This document shows, piece after piece, positions 1 through 10,492 of a stretch of DNA of 64,000 bases. The position numbers and the translations under genes are program-made. The notes under the pieces were generated by a model. It worked only from the letters and a program-made list of their open reading frames with translations, did no database searches and had not been told where the DNA came from. Positions within the stretch are counted from its first letter, which is position 1. Each line of letters begins with the position of its first letter. The stretch is from contig CAVTRN010000002.1 in assembly GCA_963737155.1 (NCBI GenBank), positions 2,880,001 through 2,944,000 of the forward strand, read 5' to 3'. The stretch comes from Nitrospirota bacterium (GTDB lineage: Bacteria > Nitrospirota > UBA9217).

Positions 1-1
1 T

Positions 2-628
2 CTGGTAAAAAAGGGCGAAGACCCGATCGCCTTTGACAGCGACTGCCGCGAGGGCATTTGCGGCACCTGCGGCCAGGTCGTGAATGGTATTCCTCATGGG
101 CCGCGAAAAAAAACGACGGTCTGCCAACTCCATATGCGCCACTTCAAGGACGGCGACACGATCTATATCGAACCTTTTCGCGCCCGCGCCTTTCCAGTTA
201 TCAGGGACCTGATCATCGATCGCGGTGCCTTTGAAAAGATCATCCAGTCAGGCGGCTACATCTCGGTCCATACCGGCGGGATGCTCGATGGGAATGCGAT
301 CCTGATTCCCAAACAGGATGCTGACAAGGCAATGGACGCTGCCGAGTGCATCGGCTGCGGGGCCTGCGTTGCCGCCTGCCCCAATGGTTCTGCCATGCTT
401 TTTACTGGGGCAAAAGTATCACACCTTGCCGCTTTGCCCCAGGGTCAGGTTGAGGCTGCCCACCGAGTCTGCGTCATGACCTCAGAAATGCTGAATCAGA
501 AGTTTGGCAACTGCAGCAATCACTATGAATGCGAGTCCGTCTGCCCCAAAGGAATCAAGGTCAGGTTCATCTCTATACTGAACCGCGAGTTCATCAAGGC
601 GCATATACCCGGAATGCGGCGTCGATAA
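2..628 (+). CDS. sdhB: Succinate dehydrogenase/fumarate reductase iron-sulfur subunit (5' truncated by window edge)
   Basis: Frame open from base 2: [13 protein letters not shown] [2Fe-2S] motif, [12 protein letters not shown] and [12 protein letters not shown] ferredoxin motifs. Confidence 0.93.
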   Translation: MVKKGEDPIAFDSDCREGICGTCGQVVNGIPHGPRKKTTVCQLHMRHFKDGDTIYIEPFRARAFPVIRDLIIDRGAFEKIIQSGGYISVHTGGMLDGNAILIPKQDADKAMDAAECIGCGACVAACPNGSAMLFTGAKVSHLAALPQGQVEAAHRVCVMTSEMLNQKFGNCSNHYECESVCPKGIKVRFISILNREFIKAHIPGMRRR

Positions 629-642
629 GCATATGCGAATGT

Positions 643-795
643 AGATACCCCGCAGCAAGCTGCGGGGTATCTTGAAAAAGGAAGACGATTATCTTTTGAG
701 AAACCTGCGGTTTCCTTTAAGCTAAAACCCTATATCCGTCGTCCATTATGAATCATTTATCGTGCTTACAGGGGGATTCACGACAATCTTGTAGT
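643..795 (+). repeat. Hairpin miniature element, copy A (3' part degenerate)
   Basis: Perfect 14-bp stem AGATACCCCGCAGC-AA-GCTGCGGGGTATCT followed by AAAAAGGAAGACGATTATCTTTTGAGAAACCTGCGGTTTC, shared with copies at 32.9, 50.7 and 53.7 kb. Confidence 0.85.
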
Positions 796-957
796 TGAAT
801 TCGAGGCTGTATCCTTATTGCAACCTTCGCAGTAATGTCTTTAGCACCCAAGCGAAGTACACGACCACGCTCACACCATTCCGCATTTTCGCTTATACGG
901 GCAGCCTGAGAAAAGGCTCCTACATGTAGAGATTTAAAAATCATCAACAGTTGCTCA

Positions 958-1068
958 ATCAGAAGACTTGTTGATCCGAGCGACATCGCTGCTTTGGCGG
1001 TTTTTCTGGCTTCAGACGGTGGCAAATCCATTTCCGCTCAGATGTTGTCAATAGACAACGATATATAG
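958..1068 (+). pseudogene. C-terminal remnant of an SDR oxidoreductase
   Basis: Manual translation RRLVDPSDIAALAVFLASDGGKSISAQMLSID, a typical SDR C-terminus; no N-terminal part. Confidence 0.7.
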
Positions 1069-1103
1069 GAAGCCCAGTGTTTCAAACGATCAAAAAGGAG
1101 TAA

Positions 1104-1669
1104 ATGATATAGGTCGCAATCTTAGTGGGTAGCCTTAGAAGAGAATCATTCAGTCGGAAGACGGCAAAGACATTGGTAGCACTTGCGCCAGAACCGTTGA
1201 AGCTGGAAATCATCGAAATCGGTGACCTGCCGATCTACAACCGAGATGGCGATGACGATGGGAAGCCACCCATTGCTTGGACGACATTCAGAAAGCAAAT
1301 TAAAGAGTATGACGGCGTCTTATTTGTAACACCCGAGAAAATCGTTCAGTTCCTGCGGTTCTAAAAAACGCAATCGATGTGGGTTCTAGGCCACACGGGC
1401 AAAGTGTGTGGAGCGGAAGACCCGGGGCGATAGTGAGTGTATCGCCCGGTTCGATCGGTGGTTTTGGGGCGAATCACCATCTACGACAGTCTCTTGTATT
1501 CCTGAACATGCCCGCGATGCAACAACCGGAGGCATATATAGGAGGTGCAGCCGAGCTATTCGATGCCAGCGGTACGATTTCAAGTAAGAGTACCCGTGAG
1601 TTCCTGCGCAAGTTTACAGAGTCTTTCGCGGCATGGCTCAGAACCAACACCGGCAAACAGGCTCATTGA
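1104..1669 (+). pseudogene. NAD(P)H-dependent FMN reductase (ChrR/YieF-like), disrupted
   Basis: AGGAG RBS then ATG-ATA-TAG (in-frame stop at codon 3), GSLRRES motif, frameshift near 1338 inside TPE(YN)RSVPAVLKNAID; the two ORF pieces join into one FMN reductase. Confidence 0.85.
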
Positions 1670-1820
1670 CTGGCTTCAGTCTGAGGCGCGGGGTATCTAG
1701 GGGCAACGTCTGTTTGATAAAACCCATGTATGTTCCTTGCCCACTTCGGCGGTTGTCGCCCGTTCATGGAGGCTTCGGAACCATCCTACTCCTGACGGTT
1801 CGCTAATTTCTGAATAATCG

Positions 1821-1849
1821 TTGACTTACCAATGGTTTTACCATAAAAT
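1821..1849 (+). promoter_or_regulatory. Putative sigma70 promoter
   Basis: TTGACT-17 bp-TAAAAT in the AT-rich region upstream of the liv operon. Confidence 0.45.
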
Positions 1850-2275
1850 CAAAACATATAGCACTTGGCGGTTGTTAGGCCTTTTCGCTCTCAAATGTAC
1901 TGGGGGCAATTCGGAATCTCTTTTTGTCAAACTTAATTTTTATCATCCGTCAATACTGCCATTTTTTTACATTTTTGATTATTAAAATATTTTTCATTAT
2001 TTTGTCCCTTAAAATAAATTTAGTTTAAAAATGCTAAATTAATAACATGATACTAATAGATTACTACTCCGCCGCGTCTCTACATTTTTGGAAAAATAGA
2101 AATAATTATTCGATACCTTGTGTATTCGAGAACGTCATCGACTGGGGTTCGCGGCCTCCTGGCGACAACTGCTTCGTGAACTGCCAATGACTGATTTACT
2201 CACTGAATTCAATATGTTCTCTGCATTCTATGCATAATAGTTTGACAATACGTTAAACCCATGAAGGAGGGAACC

Positions 2276-3433
2276 ATGAAAAGATATGTTGCATTGATCA
2301 TGACGTTGCTGCTTGTCATCCCTGCTGTCGCTCTGGCGGGAACGGTGAAACTCGGTTTTATCAACTCGATCACTGGTAAGGAAGCGCCGATTGGTGAGAA
2401 CCTGACAAACGGCGTCACCCTAGCCATCGAGGATCTGAAGAAAAAGGGAATTGACGTTGATCTCGTTACAGAGGACGATACCGGCAAACCCGATAAGTCG
2501 TTGGCGGCGTTCGAGAAGCTTGCAACCAGAGATGAGGTCGCGGGGATTGTTGGCCCCTACACATCGGCAACGGCAAATGCCGACGCCAAGGTTGCTGAGC
2601 GCTACAAGGTCCCATTGATCGTGCCTGCGGCCTCAAAAGAGGAAATCACGCGGCAGGGCTTTAAATGGACCTTTCGCGTTTCCGGCACTACCGGCGACTA
2701 CGCGGGAGTCCTGCTCGATCTCGCTACCACGCTAGGCAAGCCCAAAACCATCGCCATCCTGAATGAGAACACTGACTTCGGCGTCTCGGGAGCTAAGAGC
2801 GCAAAGGCCATCGCGCAACAAAAAGGCATTAAAGTGGTATTTGAGGAAGCCTATTCAGCAGGCTCTCCTGACTACCGCTCCACGCTCGCCCAGGTAAAGG
2901 CTGCCAACCCAGACCTCGTGTTCATGGTATCCTATGCTGCTGACGCCATACTTTTAATGCGCCAGTCGCGCGAGATTGGCTTAACGCCCATGGCCTTTCT
3001 TGGTGCCGGCGCCGGATTCTCGGTTGCCCAGTTCGCCAAAGAGAAGGATATCAGCCAGGGTGTATTCTCGTCTACGCAATGGACCGAGGACGCGCCGTGG
3101 GCCGGATCTAAGGAATGGTACAATCGCTACGTAACAAAGTTCGGCAAACCGCCCACCTATCATGCGGCTTGCGCCTATGAATCTATGATGATCATGGGCC
3201 AGGCGGCGGCTGCCGCGGGCGGTGACCGAGAGAAGACGCGAGAGGCACTGCACACCGGAAAATGGAACGGCATTCTCGGTGAGGTCCGCTTCCAGGACTA
3301 CGATGGCTACCAGAACCAGCGCAAGGCTGTGATGCTCGTGGAGCAGGTACAAAACGGACATCACGAGACTGTATGGCCGCTTAGAGATGCGGCCAAGAAA
3401 CCCATTTGGCCCTTCCCGGGCTGGTCGAAATAA
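2276..3433 (+). CDS. livK: Branched-chain amino acid ABC transporter substrate-binding protein
   Basis: Signal peptide, periplasmic binding protein type 1 motifs (EDDTGKP, NPDLVF), first gene of a liv operon; AAGGAGG RBS before ATG 2276. Confidence 0.88.
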   Translation: MKRYVALIMTLLLVIPAVALAGTVKLGFINSITGKEAPIGENLTNGVTLAIEDLKKKGIDVDLVTEDDTGKPDKSLAAFEKLATRDEVAGIVGPYTSATANADAKVAERYKVPLIVPAASKEEITRQGFKWTFRVSGTTGDYAGVLLDLATTLGKPKTIAILNENTDFGVSGAKSAKAIAQQKGIKVVFEEAYSAGSPDYRSTLAQVKAANPDLVFMVSYAADAILLMRQSREIGLTPMAFLGAGAGFSVAQFAKEKDISQGVFSSTQWTEDAPWAGSKEWYNRYVTKFGKPPTYHAACAYESMMIMGQAAAAAGGDREKTREALHTGKWNGILGEVRFQDYDGYQNQRKAVMLVEQVQNGHHETVWPLRDAAKKPIWPFPGWSK

Positions 3434-3439
3434 TTCAGG

Positions 3440-3474
3440 GAGAGGAGCGGTCTCAACCCGCTCCTCTCGTTTTT
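3440..3474 (+). terminator. Stem-loop/terminator after the substrate-binding gene
   Basis: GAGAGGAGCGG-TCTCAAC-CCGCTCCTCTC followed by GTTTTT. Confidence 0.7.
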
Positions 3475-3502
3475 ATTTCAGTTTGTCCGCATCGGCTTTT
3501 TT

Positions 3503-4369
3503 ATGAATGTTTTTTTTCAAGCCCTTATCAGTGGCATCCTGATTGGTGGGGTGTATGCGCTGATCGGTATCGGGCTGACGATCATTTTCGGCGTCATGCG
3601 GGTGATCAACTTCGCCCACGGCGACCTGCTCATGCTCGGCATGTACTTAACCTACTTTCTTTTTACACTTCTGCATATTGATCCCTTTGTCTCCATCATA
3701 ATAATCTTCCCGCTGATGTTTCTATTCGGCGGTTTTCTGCAGAAAATTATCATCAACCGCGCCCTCAACGCGCTCCCCCAGAATCAGATCCTGTTGACCA
3801 TCGGGATGGGGCTGGTCATGAGCAACTCAATCATGCTTGCCTTCACCTCCGATTACAAAATATTATCCACGACCTATTCATCGAGCAGCGTCACGCTCCT
3901 GGGGATTTCGATCTCCGAACCGTTGGCCGTATCGTTTGTGATCACCTTAGGCATTACCACGGCGCTGTACTGGTTTCTGTACCGGACCGACATAGGCCAG
4001 GCCATCAGGGCTACGGCCCAGGACCGCGAAGCGGCACAGTTAATGGGAATAAACGTAAAGCGCATGTCGATCATAGCATTCGGGGTCGGATCGGCCTTGG
4101 CCGCCACCGCGGGCGCGCTCATATCGCCGACCTACTACATCTACCCGCAGGTGGGAAGTGTTTTCACCTTAAAAGCCTTTGTCATTACCGTGCTCGGCGG
4201 TATGGGCAGCATTTTCGGCGCCACACTCGGCGGTGTGCTCATCGGCATGACAGAGTCCATCGGCGGCGTTTACTTCGGTTCAGGCTGGAAGGACGTCATT
4301 GTGTTTATCCTGTTCCTGCTCGTGCTTCTGTTTAAGCCCTCCGGTCTGCTGGGCACATCGAAGGATTAA
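3503..4369 (+). CDS. livH: Branched-chain amino acid ABC permease
   Basis: GxxYALIGIGLTIIFGVMRVINFAHG signature, multi-TM. Confidence 0.92.
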   Translation: MNVFFQALISGILIGGVYALIGIGLTIIFGVMRVINFAHGDLLMLGMYLTYFLFTLLHIDPFVSIIIIFPLMFLFGGFLQKIIINRALNALPQNQILLTIGMGLVMSNSIMLAFTSDYKILSTTYSSSSVTLLGISISEPLAVSFVITLGITTALYWFLYRTDIGQAIRATAQDREAAQLMGINVKRMSIIAFGVGSALAATAGALISPTYYIYPQVGSVFTLKAFVITVLGGMGSIFGATLGGVLIGMTESIGGVYFGSGWKDVIVFILFLLVLLFKPSGLLGTSKD

Positions 4370-4549
4370 CGGAAACGCATGAATCGAAATCTTCGCAAAA
4401 CGAGAAAAGCATTCACCGCATAGTTACTAAGGATGCAAAGGAAATCTTTAACTCTCGACATGTAACCGACGACCCTTACGCACTCCTACGCAACCTTGGC
4501 GCCTCTGAGGATTTAGGTTTTTGGTTCCGCCTTTTCCGGTTAGGAAAAT

Positions 4550-5623
4550 ATGAGACAATTAGTGAATAATATGCGAGGAATCAGCACTATTCCGCTGCTT
4601 CTGGCGGCTGCCACGGTCGTCCTGCTTTTCCTCGTCCCCAAATTCGTGACGAGCACCTATGTGCTCCATATCATGATCTTGATCTTCATTAGCGTCATCA
4701 CGGGATCAGCCTGGAACATTTTGGGAGGCTACGCGGGCCAGTACTCAGTGGGCCACGCAGCCTATTTCGGCGTCGGCGCCTACACCACGATGATCCTGCT
4801 ACAGTATCATCACATTGCACCATGGTACGGGATCTGGGCCGGCGTTGCAGTCGCCTTGGGGGTGGGCCTCGTCATCGGTTCCATTTGCTTTCGTCTGCGC
4901 GGACCGTACTTCGTCTTGGCGTCCATAGCCGTGGCCGAGATTTTTCGCGTTTCAGCCCTGAACTTGACAGACCTGACAAACGGCGCCGAAGGCATCCTGC
5001 TCACCGACATCCCGCCACTCAAGATCGGCAACACAGTTATCACCGATTTCCTGTCCAAAGTGCCCTTTTATTACTCTGGGCTCGTAATCTCTCTCGCCGT
5101 CATCGCCGTCACATGGATGGTGCAGAACTCGAAACTGGGTTACTACTTCCAGGCCATCAGGGAAGACCAGGATGCCGCCCACTCGCTGGGCATTAATCTG
5201 ACGCTGTACAAGAATGCAGCTCTTTCCCTTTCGGCGATATTCACGTCCCTGGCAGGCAGCTTGTACGGACTGTATATCGGCTATATCGACCCCGGAACGG
5301 TCCTTGCGCTCGACATATCGGTCCAAATCGTGATTATCTGCATCATCGGAGGCATCAGCACCATCTTGGGACCGATGATCGGCGCCGTCGTCCTCATTCC
5401 CTTCTCCGAAGCCCTGCGCAGCAACATGATCGCCCAGGCCCTGATTGATTCCGGGCTGGTCAAAGAAAACTCCGTTTTCGGAGCTTTCCTCAAGGACCAG
5501 TTGTCCCATGCCCATGTGCTAATCTACGGTATCCTCCTGGTTGTTGTTATCTTGTTCATGCCTGACGGGATGCTGGGTTTTATCAGTAAGCTCACGGCAA
5601 AAAAACGGAGGATGGCGGCCTGA
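4550..5623 (+). CDS. livM: Branched-chain amino acid ABC permease
   Basis: [31 protein letters not shown] and AIREDQDAA motifs. Confidence 0.92.
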   Translation: MRQLVNNMRGISTIPLLLAAATVVLLFLVPKFVTSTYVLHIMILIFISVITGSAWNILGGYAGQYSVGHAAYFGVGAYTTMILLQYHHIAPWYGIWAGVAVALGVGLVIGSICFRLRGPYFVLASIAVAEIFRVSALNLTDLTNGAEGILLTDIPPLKIGNTVITDFLSKVPFYYSGLVISLAVIAVTWMVQNSKLGYYFQAIREDQDAAHSLGINLTLYKNAALSLSAIFTSLAGSLYGLYIGYIDPGTVLALDISVQIVIICIIGGISTILGPMIGAVVLIPFSEALRSNMIAQALIDSGLVKENSVFGAFLKDQLSHAHVLIYGILLVVVILFMPDGMLGFISKLTAKKRRMAA

Positions 5624-6342
5624 TGGTGATACTCGAGATTAAGCGTGTAAGCAAGTTTTTCGGCGGTCTGGCCGCCAATTCTGATGTCACCTTCGATGTG
5701 AACGAGGGAATGATCATGGGTCTGATCGGCCCGAACGGCGCTGGGAAAACAACCCTGTTCAACTGTATCACCGGTTATTATCCGCCTTCACGCGGCGAGG
5801 TTATTTTTATAGGCAAGCGCATGAACGGTCTGCATCCCGATGCCGTGTGCAAACTTGGGATGGCCCGCACCTGGCAAAAGGTCCGGCCGCTGGCCAAAAT
5901 GAGCGTGGTAGACAATGTCATGGTTGGAGCCTTGTCCCGGACCAACTCGCTCAAAAAGGCGAGAGAGATGGCATTAGAGCAGCTCAGGGTTGTACATCTA
6001 GAGAACCGCGGAGACTTCCGCGCCGGCAGCCTCCCGATAGGCGAGCGCAAAAAGCTGGAGGTGGCCCGCGTCCTGGCCACGCAGCCCCGGCTTTTGCTAC
6101 TCGACGAGGTAATGGGCGGGCTCAACCCAGCCGAGAGTGAAGAGATTATTGGGCTCATACTCGACATCAGAAAACGCGGTATCACCCAGATGGTAGTCGA
6201 GCATAACATGAAAACGATTATGCGCATATCCGACAGGATTGTGGTCCTGAACTCTGGCGAAAAGCTGGCTGAGGGCGCCCCCCAGGAAATTGTCTCGAAT
6301 AAAGCGGTCATTCAAGCTTATCTCGGAGAGAGTTATGCTTAA
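5623..6342 (+). CDS. livG: Branched-chain amino acid ABC ATP-binding protein
   Basis: Walker [17 protein letters not shown]-terminal VIQAYLG. Confidence 0.93.
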   Translation: MVILEIKRVSKFFGGLAANSDVTFDVNEGMIMGLIGPNGAGKTTLFNCITGYYPPSRGEVIFIGKRMNGLHPDAVCKLGMARTWQKVRPLAKMSVVDNVMVGALSRTNSLKKAREMALEQLRVVHLENRGDFRAGSLPIGERKKLEVARVLATQPRLLLLDEVMGGLNPAESEEIIGLILDIRKRGITQMVVEHNMKTIMRISDRIVVLNSGEKLAEGAPQEIVSNKAVIQAYLGESYA

Positions 6343-7039
6343 GATCGAGAACCTGCATTTTAGTTACGGAGACCTTAAGGTGCTCTGGGACGTGAACATC
6401 GATGTGCAGGAGGGAGAAATTGTCACAGTTGTGGGTGCGAACGGGGCCGGCAAGTCGACACTCCTCAAAAACATCTCGAGGCTTGTGAAGCCCGGGTCCG
6501 GGCGCATCACATTCAATGGCACTGACTTGGGAAAATTCTCCGCCGATGAGGTGGTAGCACTCGGCATCGTCCAGGTACCTGAGGGGAGGAGAATTTTCCC
6601 TCAAATGACCGTCACCGAAAACCTCAGGATGGGATCCTTCATCGAGAGGGCGCGGAAGAAGCGGGATGTGAACATGGAGCGGATATATTTCCTTTTCCCG
6701 CGTCTGAAGGAGCGGGAAAAGCAGTTGGGCGGCACCATGTCGGGGGGTGAACAGCAGATGCTCGCCATCGCCCGGGGCCTCATGGCGGATCCGAAACTGC
6801 TGCTGCTTGACGAACCGTCGCTCGGTCTTTCTCCTCTTCTGGTAAAAAACATCTTTGATATCATTAACGAGATCCAGAAACAAGGAGTAACAATCCTGCT
6901 CGTCGAGCAGACTGTTTATCAGAGCCTGCGGCTCGCGGACCGTGGCTATGTGATGGAAACAGGCAGGATTGTGATGAAGGACAAGGGTGAGGCCCTGCTG
7001 AACAACGAGCACGTTAGAAAAGCATACTTAGGAATGTAA
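6335..7039 (+). CDS. livF: Branched-chain amino acid ABC ATP-binding protein
   Basis: GANGAGKST, VPEGRRIF, MSGGEQQMLAIAR, DEPSLGL. Confidence 0.93.
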   Translation: MLKIENLHFSYGDLKVLWDVNIDVQEGEIVTVVGANGAGKSTLLKNISRLVKPGSGRITFNGTDLGKFSADEVVALGIVQVPEGRRIFPQMTVTENLRMGSFIERARKKRDVNMERIYFLFPRLKEREKQLGGTMSGGEQQMLAIARGLMADPKLLLLDEPSLGLSPLLVKNIFDIINEIQKQGVTILLVEQTVYQSLRLADRGYVMETGRIVMKDKGEALLNNEHVRKAYLGM

Positions 7040-7132
7040 AAGCGTCTCGATAGCGCGAGGACACGTGCGCGGGGAAGGCGGAAATTGGCTGCCTTTTTCA
7101 CTTACCGCTCAACGTCAAACAGGGAGGTTTCT

Positions 7133-7777
7133 ATGTACGTTTCAGACTGGATGACAAAAAAAGTTTTCTCAATCGAACCCGACGATTATCTCTCTGATGC
7201 CATGTACCTCATGCGCGAAAGATGCGTCAAGCACGTCCCGGTTGTGAAGGGGGGTAAATTGAAAGGCATCATTTCCGACCGGGACATCAAGGAATACAGC
7301 CCCTCTAAGGCGACCTCGCTCGATATTTATGAACTGCATTATCTTCTGGCTAAGACAAAAATTAAAGAAATTGCAAAAACGAAACTCATCACCACGACAC
7401 CCCATACGCCAGTGGAAGAGGCAGCCATGATCATGCTTGATAATAACATTGGTTGTCTACCCGTGCTGGACGATGGCATGCTCGTCGGTATCATTTCCGA
7501 CAAGGATATTTTCCGCGCCCTCGTAGACATCACCGGCGTCAGGCACGCCGGCAACCGAATCTGCGTCACTGTCGAAGACCGGCCAGGTTCCATCAAGGAT
7601 GTTGCCGACATCGTCCGGAAACACAACTTCCGCCTCCAGGGAATTCTTACGTCCTATGAAGGGGTAAAGGATGGCTACCGGAGGGTGGTTATCAGAACCA
7701 CAGGCAAGGGAGATTTCATACGCCTGAAGGCTGAAATCGATGATGCCTTTCGGAACTGCGAAATCAAAAAAGGGTAA
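7133..7777 (+). CDS. CBS-pair plus ACT domain protein (AcuB-like)
   Basis: Two CBS domains and C-terminal ACT (EDRPGSI); GGAGG RBS. Confidence 0.85.
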   Translation: MYVSDWMTKKVFSIEPDDYLSDAMYLMRERCVKHVPVVKGGKLKGIISDRDIKEYSPSKATSLDIYELHYLLAKTKIKEIAKTKLITTTPHTPVEEAAMIMLDNNIGCLPVLDDGMLVGIISDKDIFRALVDITGVRHAGNRICVTVEDRPGSIKDVADIVRKHNFRLQGILTSYEGVKDGYRRVVIRTTGKGDFIRLKAEIDDAFRNCEIKKG

Positions 7778-7942
7778 TATCACGCCCTTCTCTTCTTCCG
7801 AGTCCCGCCAGACGTCCTTCGCTCCGCATCACTTGCAGCTTCATGTAGTCAAGCGCCAGTCTGCTTCCCTTTCGTGTCGGCAAGATGCAGGCATCGCCCT
7901 CTTCCCCAAGGTCTTTTTTTTTCAGCAGTGACTTACGCACCT

Positions 7943-9694
7943 TCAGGATGCTGCTTTCACCCGTTTTGCTTTATTCACCCGGCAAGCATTCAGCCGCTTC
8001 ATAAGCAACTCAACGGGCAGTGCATTCAGTACATCCTTCTTCTCCACCCATCCCCTTCTTGCGACAGAAACGCCGTACGCCATGAAATCGAATTGGTTCG
8101 TCACGTGTGTGTCTGTGCTGATTACGAGAGGAACGCCGTATCTGAGCGCCATCTTAATATGCAGGTCGTTGAGATCCAGCCTCAGGGGATTGGCATTAAT
8201 CTCCATGGCCACGTCGTATTTTGCCGCTTCTTTTAGTACTATGTCCATGTCAACGGAATAGGCCTCCCGCTCGCCAATCAGCCTGCCTGTAGGATGGGCG
8301 ATCACGCTTACAAAAGGATTGCGGATCGCCGAAATGATCCTCTTCGTTACCTGCTCCTGCGTCTGTTTGAAGCCGGAATGTATCGCAGCCACGACAATGT
8401 CAAGCGCAGAAATCGCTCTATCCGGCAGATCGAGTCTGCCATCGGAGCGGATATCGATCTCTGTGCCCTTGAGGATCCTGAACCCCGTAAGCTTGGCATT
8501 AACATTGTCAATAACTCTGATCTCCTCAGCAAGACGATTTTCATCAAGGCCATGGGCGACCCCGAGGCCTTTGGTATGATCGGTTATTGCAATATACTGG
8601 TAACCCTTCTTTCTCGCAGCCTCCACGATCGTACCAAGGTCATGACTTCCATCGGACCACCGCGTATGTATATGCAGATCACCCCTGATGTCGTCCGGAG
8701 TAACCAGATGGGGCAGCTTCCCTTCCCGCGCCGCTTCTATTTCGCCGGTATCCTCGCGGAGCTCTGGCGGAATATAGGGTAGCTTGAGGGCCCTGTACAC
8801 CTCTTCTTCTTCTTTTCCGCCTTTTCTCCTCCCTCCCGGCTCCGTAAATATGCCGTATTCGTTGATTTTCAGCCCGGCTCGCACCGCCATTTCACGGAGC
8901 TTGATATTGTGCTGTTTACTCCCCGTGAAGTACTGGAGCGCCGCACCGAAGGATTCTTCTTCAACAACTCGCAAGTCCACCTGGATGCCGTCCTCGGTGA
9001 CGACCGATGATTTGGTATCTCCATGCATCAACACTCTGCTCACATTCGGGAGCTTCAAGAAAACCTCCATGACTTTTTCAGGTTTCTTTGATGTGGTTAG
9101 TATGTCAATGTCCTTTACTGTTTCTTTCCACCGCCTGATGCTTCCGGCGACCTCTATCCGGTCCACGGGGGCGCCGTCTTTCATCCTCCTAACCATGTCC
9201 TCGGCAAGCGTCAGCACTCTTCCGAGCAGACGCCGCTCTGTTCCTCGTTTTAGGAGTTCAATTCCCTGAAGAATGTTGTCTTCCGTCTTCTTCTGGATTC
9301 CTGGAAGTCCTGAGAGTTTGCCCTGGCGTATGGCCGTCTCAAGCTCAACGATACTTTTCACTTTTATCTTTTCATGCAGCATCTTAGCTTTTTTGGGGCC
9401 TAACCCGGGAACGGACAAAAGCTCCAGAACACCTTCAGGTATTTCCTTTTTCAACTCTTCGAACTTTGCAATCCCACCTGTTTCAATATATTCGCGGATC
9501 TTAGCGGTGAGGTCTTTGCCGATCCCGGGGATGGATTCCAGTTCTTCCCGAGAGAGCCCTGATACATCCTTTGATAGGCTATCGAGGTTTTGCGCAGCCC
9601 GCCGGTAAGCCCTTATGCGGAACATATTCTCGCCCTTCAATTCAAGAAGTTCGGCGATCTCGCTAAAAATTTTAGCTATCTGCTGGTTTTTCAT
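7943..9694 (-). CDS. polX: DNA polymerase X / PHP 3'-5' exonuclease
   Basis: HhH motifs, GSIRRWKETVKDID, FTGSKQHN, PHP motifs DLHIHT..SDG, TDH, HPTGR, STDTH. Confidence 0.95.
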   Translation of the reverse strand: MKNQQIAKIFSEIAELLELKGENMFRIRAYRRAAQNLDSLSKDVSGLSREELESIPGIGKDLTAKIREYIETGGIAKFEELKKEIPEGVLELLSVPGLGPKKAKMLHEKIKVKSIVELETAIRQGKLSGLPGIQKKTEDNILQGIELLKRGTERRLLGRVLTLAEDMVRRMKDGAPVDRIEVAGSIRRWKETVKDIDILTTSKKPEKVMEVFLKLPNVSRVLMHGDTKSSVVTEDGIQVDLRVVEEESFGAALQYFTGSKQHNIKLREMAVRAGLKINEYGIFTEPGGRRKGGKEEEEVYRALKLPYIPPELREDTGEIEAAREGKLPHLVTPDDIRGDLHIHTRWSDGSHDLGTIVEAARKKGYQYIAITDHTKGLGVAHGLDENRLAEEIRVIDNVNAKLTGFRILKGTEIDIRSDGRLDLPDRAISALDIVVAAIHSGFKQTQEQVTKRIISAIRNPFVSVIAHPTGRLIGEREAYSVDMDIVLKEAAKYDVAMEINANPLRLDLNDLHIKMALRYGVPLVISTDTHVTNQFDFMAYGVSVARRGWVEKKDVLNALPVELLMKRLNACRVNKAKRVKAAS

Positions 9695-10492
9695 GAGCAA
9701 CCTCTGTCGGTCTGCAACCACGCATCAATTTGCCCATTAAAAAAGACGTTCTTCTTATTTAATTCTAACACCAGAAAAATGAAAAAACCGAAGATCCTTC
9801 ACTCCGGCTACTTCTTTTTTTTTCCGCAATCTTAGCGTCTCTGCGTAAAAATGTGACGGGATCATCCCTGCCTGTGCACTTGTCCACAATCGCAATACTG
9901 TAGAACCGCGAAGTCGCCACGGACACAGCCTGCGTTCCTACCGCGCGAGACCAGTTTGATTCAACAACGTGTCGTCTCGGATCGCAAAACAGTGTCGCGA
10001 TGTCATACAGCTCTCCGGCACATTGAGTTAGACCAGGCGGTCACCTTACATATTGGTCACGTCCCTGATCACGAACTTGAATCCCGTTGCCAATTTGGGA
10101 TAAAGCATGAATCCCGACGTATTCATAGCATCTGCAAAAACAAGGTAAACCGTTAAATTATACGCGCCAGGGCCGATCCTGTCCACTACGAGGAACAGAA
10201 CAGCTCGCCGTCCTGCTCCTCACATACTATTTCCGTGAGGCCGCAGACCCCATGCCGTGAACATTGCCCGAGGAAAGGCGTCTTTGAGAAGATACTGTCT
10301 CGCGCCGTAGATGCCCTGCAACTTTTCCACTTCGGTCCCGGCAAGAAAGGCGTCCCAAGCAAGCATGTGCACCTGCACGTTCCCCCTCTTGATCCGATCT
10401 GGTGTCAACAGAAACACTGGCCCTGGGATAGATGACCAGGTAATCGGATCCCTGTGCATGGTTTTTTAAAAATTACACGCCTGGAGAGAGCG

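Noticed and set aside
1110-1112. In-frame TAG in the FMN reductase as possible pyrrolysine or readthrough
   Set aside because: The gene also has a frameshift in a conserved motif, so ordinary pseudogenisation is simpler
7943-9694. PolX as a catalytically altered variant
   Set aside because: The canonical DID plus third Asp (QVDLR) and the PHP metal ligands are all present
10220-10459. 79-aa ORF downstream of the tandem kinase gene as a partner protein
   Set aside because: No recognisable motif or clear RBS; may be a decayed gene, not supportable
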